Assembly (NCBI GenBank): GCA_964016885.1
Contig: OZ024752.1
Location: 15,252,001-15,316,000, forward strand
Origin: Eledone cirrhosa
Taxonomy: Eukaryota
Length of the DNA stretch: 64,000 nucleotides
Reading direction: 5' to 3'
Both the position numbers and the translations under genes were made by a program. Positions 39,484-51,847 of the stretch are shown here, piece by piece; positions within the stretch are counted from its first letter, which is position 1; every line of letters starts with the position of its first letter. The notes beneath the pieces were generated by a model that made no database searches, had not been told where the DNA came from, and worked only from the letters and a program-made list of their open reading frames with translations.

Positions 39484-39675
39484 CGAAAGAAGTGTAGTAA
39501 GGAACCAGATGGACCATAATGTAGACGTTACTTAGGGTAGTAGAGTGGGAAATAGGAAAAGCATCAGGACCCCGTCGTCTGAGCTCCGGCTGTTTCGACA
39601 GCTAGATCTGAACTGTTCAATCCTAGCTATCGAAACGGCCAGAGCTCAGCCCTCGGGGTCCTGACTCTTTTCCTA
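39481..39675 (-). mobile_element. Second 3' end of the U3-A8 HHR family with fold-back at helix II
   Basis: Arms about 39553-39613 / 39615-39675, each with a GAAA-helix III-UC half (diverged); flanked by (TA)n. Confidence 0.75.
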
Positions 39676-39713
39676 TATATATATATAATTGGAAACTCTG
39701 CTTCGTAGAATCG

Positions 39714-39810
39714 AGACATATCCGAGGATCTTGCGATTTCAGAGTCATGTTTGATCACTGCATCGATCGTGCCTAGAAATGGTCGCCAGAGAAACGATTG
39801 TAATATGTCT
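39714..39810 (+). ncRNA. Hammerhead with about 62-nt helix II domain (U4>C)
   Basis: agacatat CCGAGGA tct-t-gcgat...gtcgc-c-aga GAAA cgattg TA atatgtct; perfect 8-bp helix I. Confidence 0.65.
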
Positions 39811-39852
39811 AATAAATTTTATTCGTCGCACCACTGATTCTCTGTTTCTTAT

Positions 39853-39897
<45 letters not shown>

Positions 39898-40008
39898 TAT
39901 TTTGCAATACACTGTATGCTTAATTAAAAGTATTTCGAAGACCTTATGCTATTGTTTTAGAGTAGTGACAGCTCACTTACTTTAATTTCAGCAAACAGGT
40001 GGCAATAA

Positions 40009-40053
40009 AGCTGACAAGGCCTTGTTTCGCATTTATTGATGCTTATCAAAGCC
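40009..40053 (-). ncRNA. Hammerhead, intact U3-A8 variant
   Basis: ggct TTGATAA gcat-caataa-atgc GAAA caaggccttg TC agct. Confidence 0.8.
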
Positions 40054-40321
40054 AACTACTCCTCCTGTTTACTGAAATCATGGATGTTTGGTTCTTATAG
40101 AATTCTAGTAAATAATCAGGAACTGATTATAAAGAGCGGTTGCCGGTCAAGCAGAAATTGAAAATTAGAATTGGTGCTCTGAAATAGCTATATATATATG
40201 AATGTATATATAGTGTATTTTGCAATACACTGTATGCTTAATTAAAAGCATTTCGAAGACCTTAAACTAGAATTCTATAAGAACCAAACATCCATGATTT
40301 CAGCAAACAGGAGGAGTAGTT

Positions 40322-40366
40322 GGCTTTGATAAGCATCAATAAATGCGAAACAAGGCCTTGTCAGCT
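40322..40366 (+). ncRNA. Hammerhead, intact U3-A8 variant
   Basis: Same core as 40009-40053; outer 15-bp stem atttcagcaaacagg (40297-40311) / cctgtttgctgaaat (40376-40390). Confidence 0.8.
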
Positions 40367-40528
40367 TTATCTCCACCTGTTTGCTGAAATTAAAGTAAGC
40401 GAGTCTGTCACTACTCTAAAATAATAGCATAAGGTCTTCGAAATGGTTTTAATTAATACATACAGTGTATTGCAAAATACACTATATATATTCATATATA
40501 TATATATATAGCTATTTCAGAGCACCAA

Positions 40529-40576
<48 letters not shown>

Positions 40577-40759
40577 TAGCTTTGTGATTAACGGCTTCAG
40601 CTGCTGATCAGAAGATCGTTCGTTTGTAAGTTTCAGCGCCTGTGGCACGTTGTGTAATTGAGTAAGAATCTTTAGTTCATGTGGCTAAACTCAGCTTAAA
40701 TGGAGACTGGCGAAGTGAAGTGTTCTTATAATTGAAAGAGCCACAATTTCTATACAGTA

Positions 40760-41290
40760 TATCGCGATGCGTAACTGCGAGGATGACGTGGATGGTACAG
40801 TTGCCCGTGGAATGATTTTTTATTACAACTTCATATCACGAGCAGGCTGTTCTCACGGATGCAAAACACTTGCAGATATTTTACACACGCGAGTATGTGA
40901 GTGTCTTTCCGTGTCTGTATTTTCTTGGTGTACTTTTGTACAAGGTTAATAGATATTTAATGGGTGTGTTAGGTATGTCACTATGGTGGTGGTTGGGGTT
41001 ATGCATGAACATTTAGGTAATTATCTATGTTAGGAATGTGTGTGTAGGCACACTTTTGCAGGTGTTATAGTAAGGGGTACCAAGAATTATGCAGTTATGA
41101 ATTTGGTTTTGCCATTTTATCAAATTGGTTTCAATCACTTTATTAATTGTTGAGAAATATTTCCGTCTGGTATTAGTTATGTTATGTGTGGGGGTCGGTG
41201 GGGAGGTAACGTTGGGTGCTTTAGTTTTCAAAATATTTGGGCAGGAGCGTTGAGTGTTTAAATACTTGTTGGATGATAAGAATTTACAAA
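40760..41290 (-). pseudogene. Highly decayed PLE C-terminal remnant
   Basis: Broken frames (CIILGTPYYNTCKSVPTHTFL, HNPNHH, RATVPSTSSSQLRI) echo the WYNAPF...NFPPNHKYH...IVY...YIG order of the 15.5-kb PLE. Confidence 0.35.
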
Positions 41291-41348
41291 CACATATATG
41301 AACATGAATACATACATGCATATACGCAAGCACACACACACGCATATA

Positions 41349-41422
<74 letters not shown>

Positions 41423-41544
41423 GAGATTATAATGGAAAGTTCCACTACTACTTTGTGGCCTCTGGACTGTTACCTCTCTCTCTCTCTCTCTCTCTGTTAT
41501 TTAACTAACTCCAATATATGACCCTCTAAAACCTACAGCGTGAT

Positions 41545-43375
41545 TCACTTTGCCTTTCATCCTTACGGGGTCGATAAAATAAAGTACCAGTAATGTACTG
41601 AAATAATTGCTGGCCTTGTGCCAAAAGTAGAAACAATTATTATTATTTCCTCTAGGTTTCAGAGGGACATACATTGATGATAATAATTGTTTCTACTTTT
41701 GGCACAAGGCCAGCAAATTAGCCAGTACATTACTGGTACTTTATTTTATCGACCCCGTAAGGATGAAAGGCAAAGTTGACCTCGGTGGCATTTGAACTCA
41801 GAATGGAAAGGTCCGTAACTCTATGCGTCAAAGCATGACGTCCGACCCTCTGCCCATAGTGCCAATTTACCCCAAATTAGATTTCTGATTTAGGCGCAAA
41901 GTCAGCAAGATTGGTGGGGGTGGAAGTCGATTAAATCGACCCCAGTTTGTGATAGGTAATTTATTGAATGGATCCTGCATGTATGAAAGGCAAATTTAAC
42001 CTCGGTGGGATTTGAACTCAAACCATAAAGGGCCGTAACACTGTGCTACGAGGCTGGGTAACCGACGTTCTACCAGTACTGCCAATCCACCGCCCTTACC
42101 ATTGTTTCTACTTTAGCCCCAAGGCCAGCAACTTGAAGTGGAAGTGAAGTTCGATTAAATCGCCCTCAGTACTCACTGGTACTTTATTTTATCGATCTCG
42201 TAAGGATGAAAGGCAAAGCTAAACTCGGTGGGATCTGAACTCAGGAAATAAAAGGCCGTAACTCTCTGCCACAAAGCATGGCGTCAGACTCTCTACCGAT
42301 ACTGCTAATCCACCGCCCTCATAATAATAATAATAATAATGTTTCTACTTTTGGCACAAGGCCAGCAATTACCCCAGTGCATTACTGGTACTTTATTTTA
42401 TCGACCCCGTAAGGATGAAAGGCAAAGTTGACCTCGGTGGCATTTGAACTCAGAATGGAAAGGTCCGTAACTCTATGCGTCAAAGCATGACGTCCGACCC
42501 TCTGCCCATAGTGCCAATTTACCCCAAATTAGATTTCTGATTTAGGCGCAAAGTCAGCAAGATTGGTGGGGGTGGAAGTCGATTAAATCGACCCCAGTTT
42601 GTGATAGGTAATTTATTGAATGGATCCTGCATGTATGAAAGGCAAATTTAACCTCGGTGGGATTTGAACTCAAACCATAAAGGGCCGTAACACTGTGCTA
42701 CGAGGCTGGGTAACCGACGTTCTACCAGTACTGCCAATCCACCGCCCTTACCATTGTTTCTACTTTAGCCCCAAGGCCAGCAACTTGAAGTGGAAGTGAA
42801 GTTCGATTAAATCGCCCTCAGTACTCACTGGTACTTTATTTTATCGATCTCGTAAGGATGAAAGGCAAAGCTAAACTCGGTGGGATCTGAACTCAGGAAA
42901 TAAAAGGCCGTAACTCTCTGCCACAAAGCATGGCGTCAGACTCTCTACCGATACTGCTAATCCACCGCCCTCATAATAATAATAATAATAATGTTTCTAC
43001 TTTTGGCACAAGGCCAGCAATTACCCCAGTGCATTACTGGTACTTTATTTTATCGACCCCGTAAGGATGAAAGGATAAGTTAACCTCGGAGGATTTGAAC
43101 TCAGAACGTAAAGGGCCATAACTCTATGCTGCAAAGCATGGTGTCTGACGCTCTACCGATACTGCCAAATAATAATAATAATTGTTTCTACTTTTGGCAC
43201 GAGGCCAGCAATAATCCCAGATGTATTACTGGTACTTTATTTTATCGACCCCCGTAAGGATGAAAGACAAAGTTAACCTCGGCGGGGATTTGAACTCAGA
43301 TAATAAAGGGCCGTAACTATGGCGTCCGACCCTCTACCGATACTGCCAATCCACCGCGTTTAATAATAATAATAT
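41545..43375 (-). mobile_element. Tandem SINE array: about 8 minus-strand monomers, (AAT)n spacers, one plus-strand half at 41545-41640, and a 652-bp duplication
   Basis: Landmarks recur at +652 (41761/42413, 41881/42533, 42301/42953). Confidence 0.9.
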
Positions 43376-43535
43376 GTCCTGCTTTTTACGACGGCCTAAA
43401 AATACATTTCTTCACCACATTAACCACCTTCGATTTCTACCATGCTTCGTTGGCATTCTTCAAGTGCTTGGCTATATTCAACAAATTATAATGCCGATGT
43501 TCCTTATATATGTAGTATAAATTGTATCCCGTTTT

Positions 43536-43678
43536 ATATTCCTGATGATATGCAGGTTATCATGCATTGTGTAAATAATTGTTAATTAATTAGTTATGAT
43601 GGATTCGTTGTTTACATATGCATGTAAACATATACGTGTTTACATATACATCTTCTGTAGAGAAACGGTCGTAGATAC
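43536..43678 (+). ncRNA. Hammerhead-like motif with about 113-nt helix II domain
   Basis: tattc CTGATGA tatgcagg...(atgtaaaca/tgtttacat hairpin)...tctgtaga GAAA cggtcg TA gata; helix I weak. Confidence 0.55.
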
Positions 43679-43769
43679 GCAGGTATTAAATATGGATTTC
43701 ATTTAACAACCTTTGCTATCACCTAATTCCACCCACCCGTCTCTTCAATCTATCTCATTTCTCATTCTT

Positions 43770-43805
43770 TCTTTTGATGAAGGGCTAGCATCCGAAACGT
43801 TAAGA
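43770..43805 (+). ncRNA. Minimal hammerhead (ACGT family, C3>U)
   Basis: tctt TTGATGA a-gg-gctagcat-cc GAAA cg TT aaga; element ends about 43889 in (CA)/(TA). Confidence 0.65.
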
Positions 43806-43886
43806 GCCTTTCCCTTGTATTTCCAACGTTAACCTAATATATTCCATCCATATACTGTACTAATCGTGTTGTTATTTCTGTTTGCC

Positions 43887-43953
<67 letters not shown>

Positions 43954-43954
43954 A

Positions 43955-44072
43955 AGGCGTGTGGCTGAGTTGATAGAGAATTGGATTCGCAATCGTGAGG
44001 TTGTGAGTCCGATTCTCAGACCAGGCGATGCGTTATGTCCTTGAGCAAGACACTTTATTTCGCGTTGCACCT
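43955..44072 (+). mobile_element. tRNA-derived SINE head of a second family
   Basis: A box tggctgagttg, B-box-like gagtccgattct, core tgtccttgagcaagacacttt. Confidence 0.65.
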
Positions 44073-44168
44073 TCTACCTGGAGTTGCGACCGATAGATAG
44101 TATTAGCAATTGGAAAGACCAATGGAAACATTGTTTCCTCGGTACGATTAGACGAAAGTCGATCGTTC

Positions 44169-44208
<40 letters not shown>

Positions 44209-44401
44209 AAAAAAAGAGGAAGAAAGACAACACTAGTGGTTGCCGTTCGTTCATAATTGAAAACTTTACAATAATTTGTTATTGATATTAGTTCTGTTAT
44301 TGTAAAGATTTGAATTATCAATGAACATCAACCACCAGTGAAATCATTCATCCCCTTTTTTCAAATTTATCTCACTCTACCAATAGGTTCCCTTTATTTT
44401 A

Positions 44402-44440
<39 letters not shown>

Positions 44441-44446
<6 letters not shown>

Positions 44447-44667
44447 TAAAGCAATGAAATAAAAAATCCAGTCATTAGAGATATACTTCACTGACGTATA
44501 TCTCTAATGATTTTTTTTATTTCATTGTTTTAACTTATATCATGACTCTGTTTTCCTCTTAATGTTTTATTGTTTTCCGGGATTTATCTTAACCTACAAC
44601 ATTTTCAACATATGGATTAGATTGAGTTCTTCATGCAGAATAGGCCCCACAACTTACTGTGGATATC

Positions 44668-44670
<3 letters not shown>
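44441..44670 (+). mobile_element. PLE-type 3' end with fold-back 5' part
   Basis: Arms aagttaaagcaatgaaataaaaaa..tcattagagatatac / gtatatctctaatga..tttatttcattgttttaactt; tgactctgtttt and attgagttcttcat are shared with the 8.3-kb and 18.2-kb ends. Confidence 0.6.
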
Positions 44671-44720
<50 letters not shown>

Positions 44721-45463
44721 AACAGAGCCGCTACCGAAGTTTTCAAGGTTCAGATTTGATTCACATACTTCCGTTATATCTTTTCTTTCTCTTTCCTTTT
44801 CAACACTTACATAATACAATATATTTGTTATACTAATATACGCGATACATTAATAAATTTACCGTCGCTACATTATATTCCACTACATAATACAATACTT
44901 CTGCTATAGTATTCGAACACAGACATGAGGTTAATATCCTAATTCAAGTTTACATCTTGGAGTTATTTCCATTTGTTGCTTGAAGTTATCTTTCATAAAC
45001 ACGCGTTCTGAGCGAAATTTACTTTAACGCTATGTAATAAACTCGTATTAGCGCCCGAAGAAAGGCTACCATCTTGATGCATCGTGTTTTCTGGATGTAT
45101 AATCAAATTTGGACCTTGAAACCTCTGGTTATACCTTTGTTTTGTGTATGAACATATATATATATATATGTCGGCTCTGTAGCTAGGACGACAATTTCGA
45201 AACCCATTCCCTACACATGGCTTCCTGCTTAATCCAGCGTGGATACCCCCCCCCTCAACCTGATCCAAGCTGCTCTTACCTGCGCCCGGGGCAGCACCCG
45301 CTATCCTCTACCTCTTACCTACCATTGTGGTGACATATCTTCCGTCCCTTCCTTTCCCTCTCTTCCGTTCCTTCCTTTCCATCTCTTCCTGCTATATCAA
45401 GCGTTAACCTAATTTTATATTCCTTCCATATACTGTACCAGTTGTGTTGCTATTTCTGTTTAC

Positions 45464-45514
<51 letters not shown>

Positions 45515-45992
45515 GAAGCTTTCTGCCGTAATCGTTGACTAACGAAATGTTAGCTGATGTGGGTTTGACTCCCATGTACGTCAATACTGATCTTTTCCCA
45601 TATCTTTGTGGGTTCTAAACCCCAATATCAGCAAAAATTTCTTTAGTAAAAAAAACCCAGAAAAAACCCGGTAAAATCTTCTATTTCTAATTTTCAAGCT
45701 CGCTCGCTGTTTCAAAACATTCTTACGTTCATTATACTTGTTAAGAATGTAGCTTCTAATTCGAATTGAAGGAGATGGGCGCTGTGTTAGTATAATGGTA
45801 CCACAGTGGTCCGGATAACCAAAGATGCGGGTTCGTCTCTCATGTACGCCAATACTCATATTTTTCTATTATTTGAAAGTTCACTAAATTTCTTTAGTAA
45901 ACAAAATACGAAAGCTTCTATTTCTAATTTTCAAACTCGTTTTCCGATTTCAACACACCCGTCCCTTCAATCTATCATATTTCTCATTTTTT

Positions 45993-46028
45993 TCTTCTGA
46001 TGAAGGACCAGGGTTCGAAAGGTCAAGA
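45993..46028 (+). ncRNA. Minimal hammerhead (ACGT family, helix III mutated)
   Basis: tctt CTGATGA aggaccagggttc GAAA gg TC aaga; about 77 nt upstream of (TA)n. Confidence 0.65.
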
Positions 46029-46182
46029 CACTCTTCCTGCTATTTAACTTACTATAATCCTTCGATATACTGTACTGATTGTGCTGTTATTCCTGTTTAC
46101 CTTTTATATATATATATATATAAATTAATATAACAGATTAAAGATTAAGCAAAGAATCGCTTATTTCACCTTTAACGGGATC

Positions 46183-46227
46183 TTCTGAAGATCCCGTTAA
46201 AGGTGAAAGCAGCGATTCTTTGCTTAA
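46183..46227 (+). ncRNA. Hammerhead core at the axis of a fold-back (46125-46250)
   Basis: tt CTGAAGA t-cc-cgttaaa-gg-t GAAA gcag-cgattct-ttgc TT aa; the 5' strand of helix I is replaced by the inverted arm. Confidence 0.55.
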
Positions 46228-46807
46228 ACTTCAATCTGTTATTTTAATAAATATTTGCACTATGGTTCTCATATATTTGATTTATGCTTATCGAACCCTC
46301 TTCGGATTTTAGGCTTCACATTTATTATTATTACCTTATATATATATTAAGAAAGATATCTAAGTTTCAGTTAAAATATTCTATTCATTATCACACGTAA
46401 CACGTTTTACTCGAATATCAGAGCCTGGAATTTTGATCGGTCGGTTTTGACGAGCGCGTTGATGGGATCGACTTTCTCATCAGATGCAGTAATCAGCTTT
46501 ACTCAACAATTGGCGTTATATAGGAGTTAATGAAAAGCGGCTGGCAAGTCTCATTGTTGAACGCTAGAACTTTCCTTCAAAAATATAGGATGGTGTGGTA
46601 GCAACTGAGCAAAATATGGTATTGCAAGTAAATATGCAGAGAGAGATGAGACGAAAGAAAACAGTCAGTAAGTGAATAGGAAATTAATTCAACTTTCTTA
46701 ACTTATACAGTTGGTGGTGAAATGTGCCTGATAGAATATGGATCTGAATCTCAAAAGCGTAGCATAGGGCACTTCCTACTGACTACAAAATATGACTATC
46801 AGTTCAA

Positions 46808-46847
<40 letters not shown>

Positions 46848-47017
46848 CGAAGGAAATGTGGTAAGAAAGAGTGGTGAAGTGGATTGAGCTCTGCCGTCGA
46901 GTGTTTTGAATATTTTCATATATATACATACATATATACATTAACACACAATTACACACACACACAGACAGAGTTATGAATAAGTTTATACGTAGGCGCG
47001 CAGAGAGTAACACTCAT

Positions 47018-47068
<51 letters not shown>

Positions 47069-47183
47069 TATATATATATATATACTATATACTATATATA
47101 TATATATATATAGAGTATATATATATATATACTATATACTATATATATATATATATATAGAGTATATATATATATATACTATA

Positions 47184-47217
<34 letters not shown>

Positions 47218-47361
47218 TATATATACTATATATATATATATATACTATATATATAGATATATATACTGACGAAGGAAATGTGGTAAGGAAACCAGGTGGA
47301 CCATAACGCACCAAAGTACTCAATACTTAGGTTAGTAGAGTGGGTAATGGGAACCAGTAAG

Positions 47362-47455
47362 ACCCCGACGGCTGAGCCCAAGCCGTTTCAACGGCTAATT
47401 CTGGACTAAATGAACATTTATCCTGGTATATAAATAGCCGAGCTTCTCAAGGGGT
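47362..47455 (-). ncRNA. Hammerhead, intact U3-A8 variant with extended helix II
   Basis: acccc TTGAGAA gct-cggcta...tagccg-tt GAAA cggc-ttgggctca-gccg TC ggggt. Confidence 0.8.
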
Positions 47456-49081
47456 AATTCCATATATGGTCAAAGTGATTGTCACAAGGATTGGTCACAA
47501 GTTAGTAGTAATTCAGTGATGGCAAATTAGTGGGGGAGAGGGTGGCTAAACCTGCCAGTAGGAAAACAGGGGGAGGGGGTGGAGTAGACCCAATCATGCG
47601 TTGGTAGTGCCAGCTACAGCTGGGCATGAGGTCAAAGAAGATACTAGGGAGGGGGAGGAAGTCGAAACGGTAAGTAAAACAATGTGGGGTAAAAATATAT
47701 ATATGAAAAAAAAATACTGAGAGTGATAAAAAGCGAATAATGGTAAAGAAAAAAATATAAGCAATTTCTACGACCTAAGTCTCTAGCTATTGCCAGGCTA
47801 GATAAATAAAGAAATAAAGAAATAAAGAAAGAAATAAAGAAATAACGAAATAAGTAAATAAACTAGGTGGGACGGAATAGGAAAGGACCCTTTTAAGAGG
47901 TATAAGTACGTATATCATACGGTGACGGGTCAACAAATGGGGCCAACATACTAAAGAAACTACCACGAAATAATTAATAAAGGTTTCTACCGCGAGCACA
48001 AGGCCAGCAACCACCCAGTGCAGAAAAGTAAACTAGTACGAGATAATAATTCTGAGTCCCGAATAAAATATACTAATGCTAACTCTAAAGGTACCGCCAC
48101 GCTACAAAAGTTCTTATACAAGCTACATGAAAGTTCGTACGAGGTAAAAAAAAGTAGAATACGGAAAAATAAATTCAGAGTCCACCCCGCCCAAAAGAAA
48201 AGAGAAGAAAGAAATACTGAAACGAGAAATTAAGGTAGAGGTGCCACTAAGAAATATAGAAGGCATGGAAAAAAGGGGGAGCGGTCGGATAAGGGGGCGA
48301 GTATCCGAGGTCTACAACAACTGCTATAAAAAGCGGAGTCCGACAAATCTATCATAGACTAGGGAAGGGGTTGCGGGTACTGAGGCAACAAGGAGCCAAA
48401 GGGCTGCCTCGGGTGGGCGAGAAAAATACGCCGACAAAGAAAAAGAACTGGGGTAGAAGGACTAGGGTTAGGGTTAGGAGGGGGTGGAGTAGACCCAATC
48501 ATGCGTTGGTAGTGCCGGCTACAGCTGGGCATGAGGTCAAAGAAGATACTAGGGAGCGGGAGGAAGTCGAAACGGTAAGTAGAACGATGAGGGAGTAAAA
48601 ATATATATATGAAAAAAAAAATACTGACAGTGATAAAAAGCGAATAAACGTAAAGAAAAAAATATAAGCAATTTCTACGACCTCAATCTCTAGCTATTGC
48701 CAGGCTAGATAAATAAATAAATAAATAAATAAAGAAAGAAATAAATAAAGAAATAATGAAATAAAAAAATAAAAAAATAAGTAAATAAACTAGGTAGGAC
48801 GCAATAGGAAAGGACCCTTTTAAGAGGTATAAGTACGTATATCATACGGTGACGGGTCAACAAATAGGGCCACAATACGAAAGAAACTACCACGAAATAA
48901 TTAATAAAGATTTCTACCCCGGGCACAAGGCCAGCAACCACCCAGTGCAGAAAAGTAAACTAGTAAACTTTTCTCCTAGTGGCTGGTTTAGCCACTCTCT
49001 CCCCCACTAATTTGCCATCACTGAATTACTACTAACTTGTGACCAATCCTTGTGACAATCACTTTGACCATATAAGGAATT

Positions 49082-49175
49082 ACCCCTTGAGAAGCTCGGC
49101 TATTTATATACCAGGATAAATGTTCATTTAGTCCAGAATTAGCCGTCAAAACGGCTTGAGCTCAGCCGTCGGGGT
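49082..49175 (+). ncRNA. Hammerhead, U3-A8 variant (G12>A)
   Basis: Inverted sister of 47362-47455; AAAA replaces GAAA; loop III tgagctca is palindromic. Confidence 0.7.
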
Positions 49176-49187
49176 CTTACTGGTTCC

Positions 49188-49393
49188 TATATATATACTA
49201 TATATATATATATACTATATATATATATACTATATACATATATATATATACTATATATATATACTATATATATATATATACTATATATATATATATACTA
49301 TATATATATATATATATACTATATATATATATATACTATATATATATATATACTATATATATATATATATACTATATATATATATATATATAC

Positions 49394-49427
<34 letters not shown>

Positions 49428-49504
49428 ATATATTATATATATTATATATATATATTATATATATATATATATTATATATATATATATATTATATATATTA
49501 TATA

Positions 49505-49547
<43 letters not shown>

Positions 49548-49567
49548 ATATATTATATATATATATT

Positions 49568-49599
<32 letters not shown>

Positions 49600-49824
49600 A
49601 TATATTATATATATATATATATTATATATATATATATTATATATATATATATATATTATATATATATATATTATATATATATATATTATATATATATATA
49701 TTATATATATATATATATTATATATATATATATATTATATATATATATATTATATATATATATATTATATATATATATATTATATATATATATATATTAT
49801 ATATATATATATATTATATATATA

Positions 49825-49864
<40 letters not shown>

Positions 49865-49924
49865 TATATATTATATATATATATATATTATATATATATA
49901 TATATTATATATATATATATATAT

Positions 49925-49956
<32 letters not shown>

Positions 49957-49962
49957 ATATAT

Positions 49963-49993
<31 letters not shown>

Positions 49994-50440
49994 ATATATA
50001 TATATATTATATATATATATTATATATATATATTATATATATTATATATATATATATTATATATATATATATATATTATATATATATATATATATTATAT
50101 ATATTATATATATATATATATTATATATATATATATTATATATATTATATATATTATATATATATATATATTATATATATATATATTATATATATTATAT
50201 ATATTATATATATATATATATTATATATATATATATTATATATATTATACATATTATATATATATATATTATATATATATATATTATATATATATTATAT
50301 ATATTATATATATATATATATATATATTATACATATTATATATATATATATATTATATATATATATATTATATATATATTATATATATTATATATATATA
50401 TATATTATATATATATATATTATATATATATTATATATAT

Positions 50441-50473
<33 letters not shown>

Positions 50474-50795
50474 ATATATATTATATATATTATATATATA
50501 TATATTATATATATATATTATATATATTATATATATATATATATTATATATATATATATTATATATATATATTATATATATTATATATATATATATTATA
50601 TATATATATTATATATATATATATATATTATATATATATATATTATATATATATATATATTATATATATATTTATATATATATATATATATTATATATAT
50701 ATATATTATATATATATATTATATATATATATATATATTATATATATATATATATTATATATATATATATTATATATATATATATTATATATATA

Positions 50796-50844
<49 letters not shown>

Positions 50845-51254
50845 ATATATATTATATATATATATTATATATATATATATTATATATATATATATTATAT
50901 ATATATATATTATATATATATATATACTATATATATATATATTATATATATATATATATTATATATATATATACTATATATATATATATTATATATATAT
51001 ATTATATATATATATATATTATATATATATATACTATATATATATATATTATATATATATACTATATATATATATATATACTATATATATATATATTATA
51101 TATATATATATATTATATATATATATATACTATATATATATATATTATATATATATACTATATATATATATATATACTATATATATATATATTATATATA
51201 TATATACTATATATATATATATATATACTATATATATATATATTATATATATAT
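49188..51254. repeat. (TA)n array with TT/CT phase-shift variants
   Basis: Seen directly. Confidence 0.96.
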
Positions 51255-51385
51255 GTAAAGTTATATTTAAAATTGTTGGGTTACAACTAGTAAATATTTA
51301 TAACTGATATAAAAGCACTCGACAAATACTTGGAGTATATTTACAATATTAAATAAATGGAAAACTATATTTATAAAACCATATC

Positions 51386-51451
51386 TATTTCATTATATAT
51401 ATTTCGGGGATATCATATTAACAATATGCTATGCCTTCATCAGACAAAATA
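51386..51451 (-). ncRNA. Hammerhead at the 3' end of the minus-strand PLE
   Basis: tattttgt CTGATGA a-gg...catatt-gtt-aatatg...cc GAAA tatata TA atgaaata; 8-bp helix I with two G.U; palindromic ATATATAT. Confidence 0.7.
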
Positions 51452-51812
51452 CAATATAAACAGTTTTATAGATAAATATATTCGACATACCGTAATAAAC
51501 ATCAACTTCATTGAAGAGGTTCACTCTAGCAGTGAAAATACAGAGAGAAAGAAAGAGAGAGAGAAAAGAGGGAAATAAGAAAGAAAGAAAGACGAAACGA
51601 AGAAAAGGAAGAAAAAGAAGAAAAGAAGAAATGCATGGGACAAAATAGAGAGATGGAAAAATAGATAAAGCGAAGAGCTTCATGTAAAGAGACCGAAAGA
51701 GATATATATATATATATAGAGAGAGGAAATAGAGATAGATACATATATAAATATAGATATAGAAAAATTAGGTAGTGGGAGGTCATTTTGAGTAAGTGTA
51801 TCAATGATGCAT

Positions 51813-51847
<35 letters not shown>

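Larger units (their letters stand above)
39893..40535. mobile_element. Non-coding inverted-repeat element with two intact HHRs
   Basis: Arm 39893-40108 is inverted at 40267-40483; partial direct copy 40211-40264; flanked by (TA)n. Confidence 0.8.
47268..49187. mobile_element. 1.9-kb non-autonomous element with inverted HHR-bearing termini and internal direct repeat
   Basis: Inverted arms about 47350-47566 / 48968-49187; direct repeat about 47575-48038 / 48481-48965; (TA)n on both sides. Confidence 0.85.

Noticed and set aside
40759-40897. Plus-strand exon with tacag acceptor and gtgagt donor
   Set aside because: Better explained as the antisense of a decayed PLE remnant; peptide has no recognisable motif
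41683-43360. CRISPR-like or tRNA gene array
   Set aside because: Units are SINE monomers of about 200 bp with A/B boxes but no cloverleaf, no unique spacers and no cas genes; context is eukaryotic
46465-46490. Minus-strand CTGATGAGAAA
   Set aside because: No helix II and no helix I complement
48460-48480. tagggttagggttagg as telomere
   Set aside because: Under three units inside a mobile element; too short to interpret
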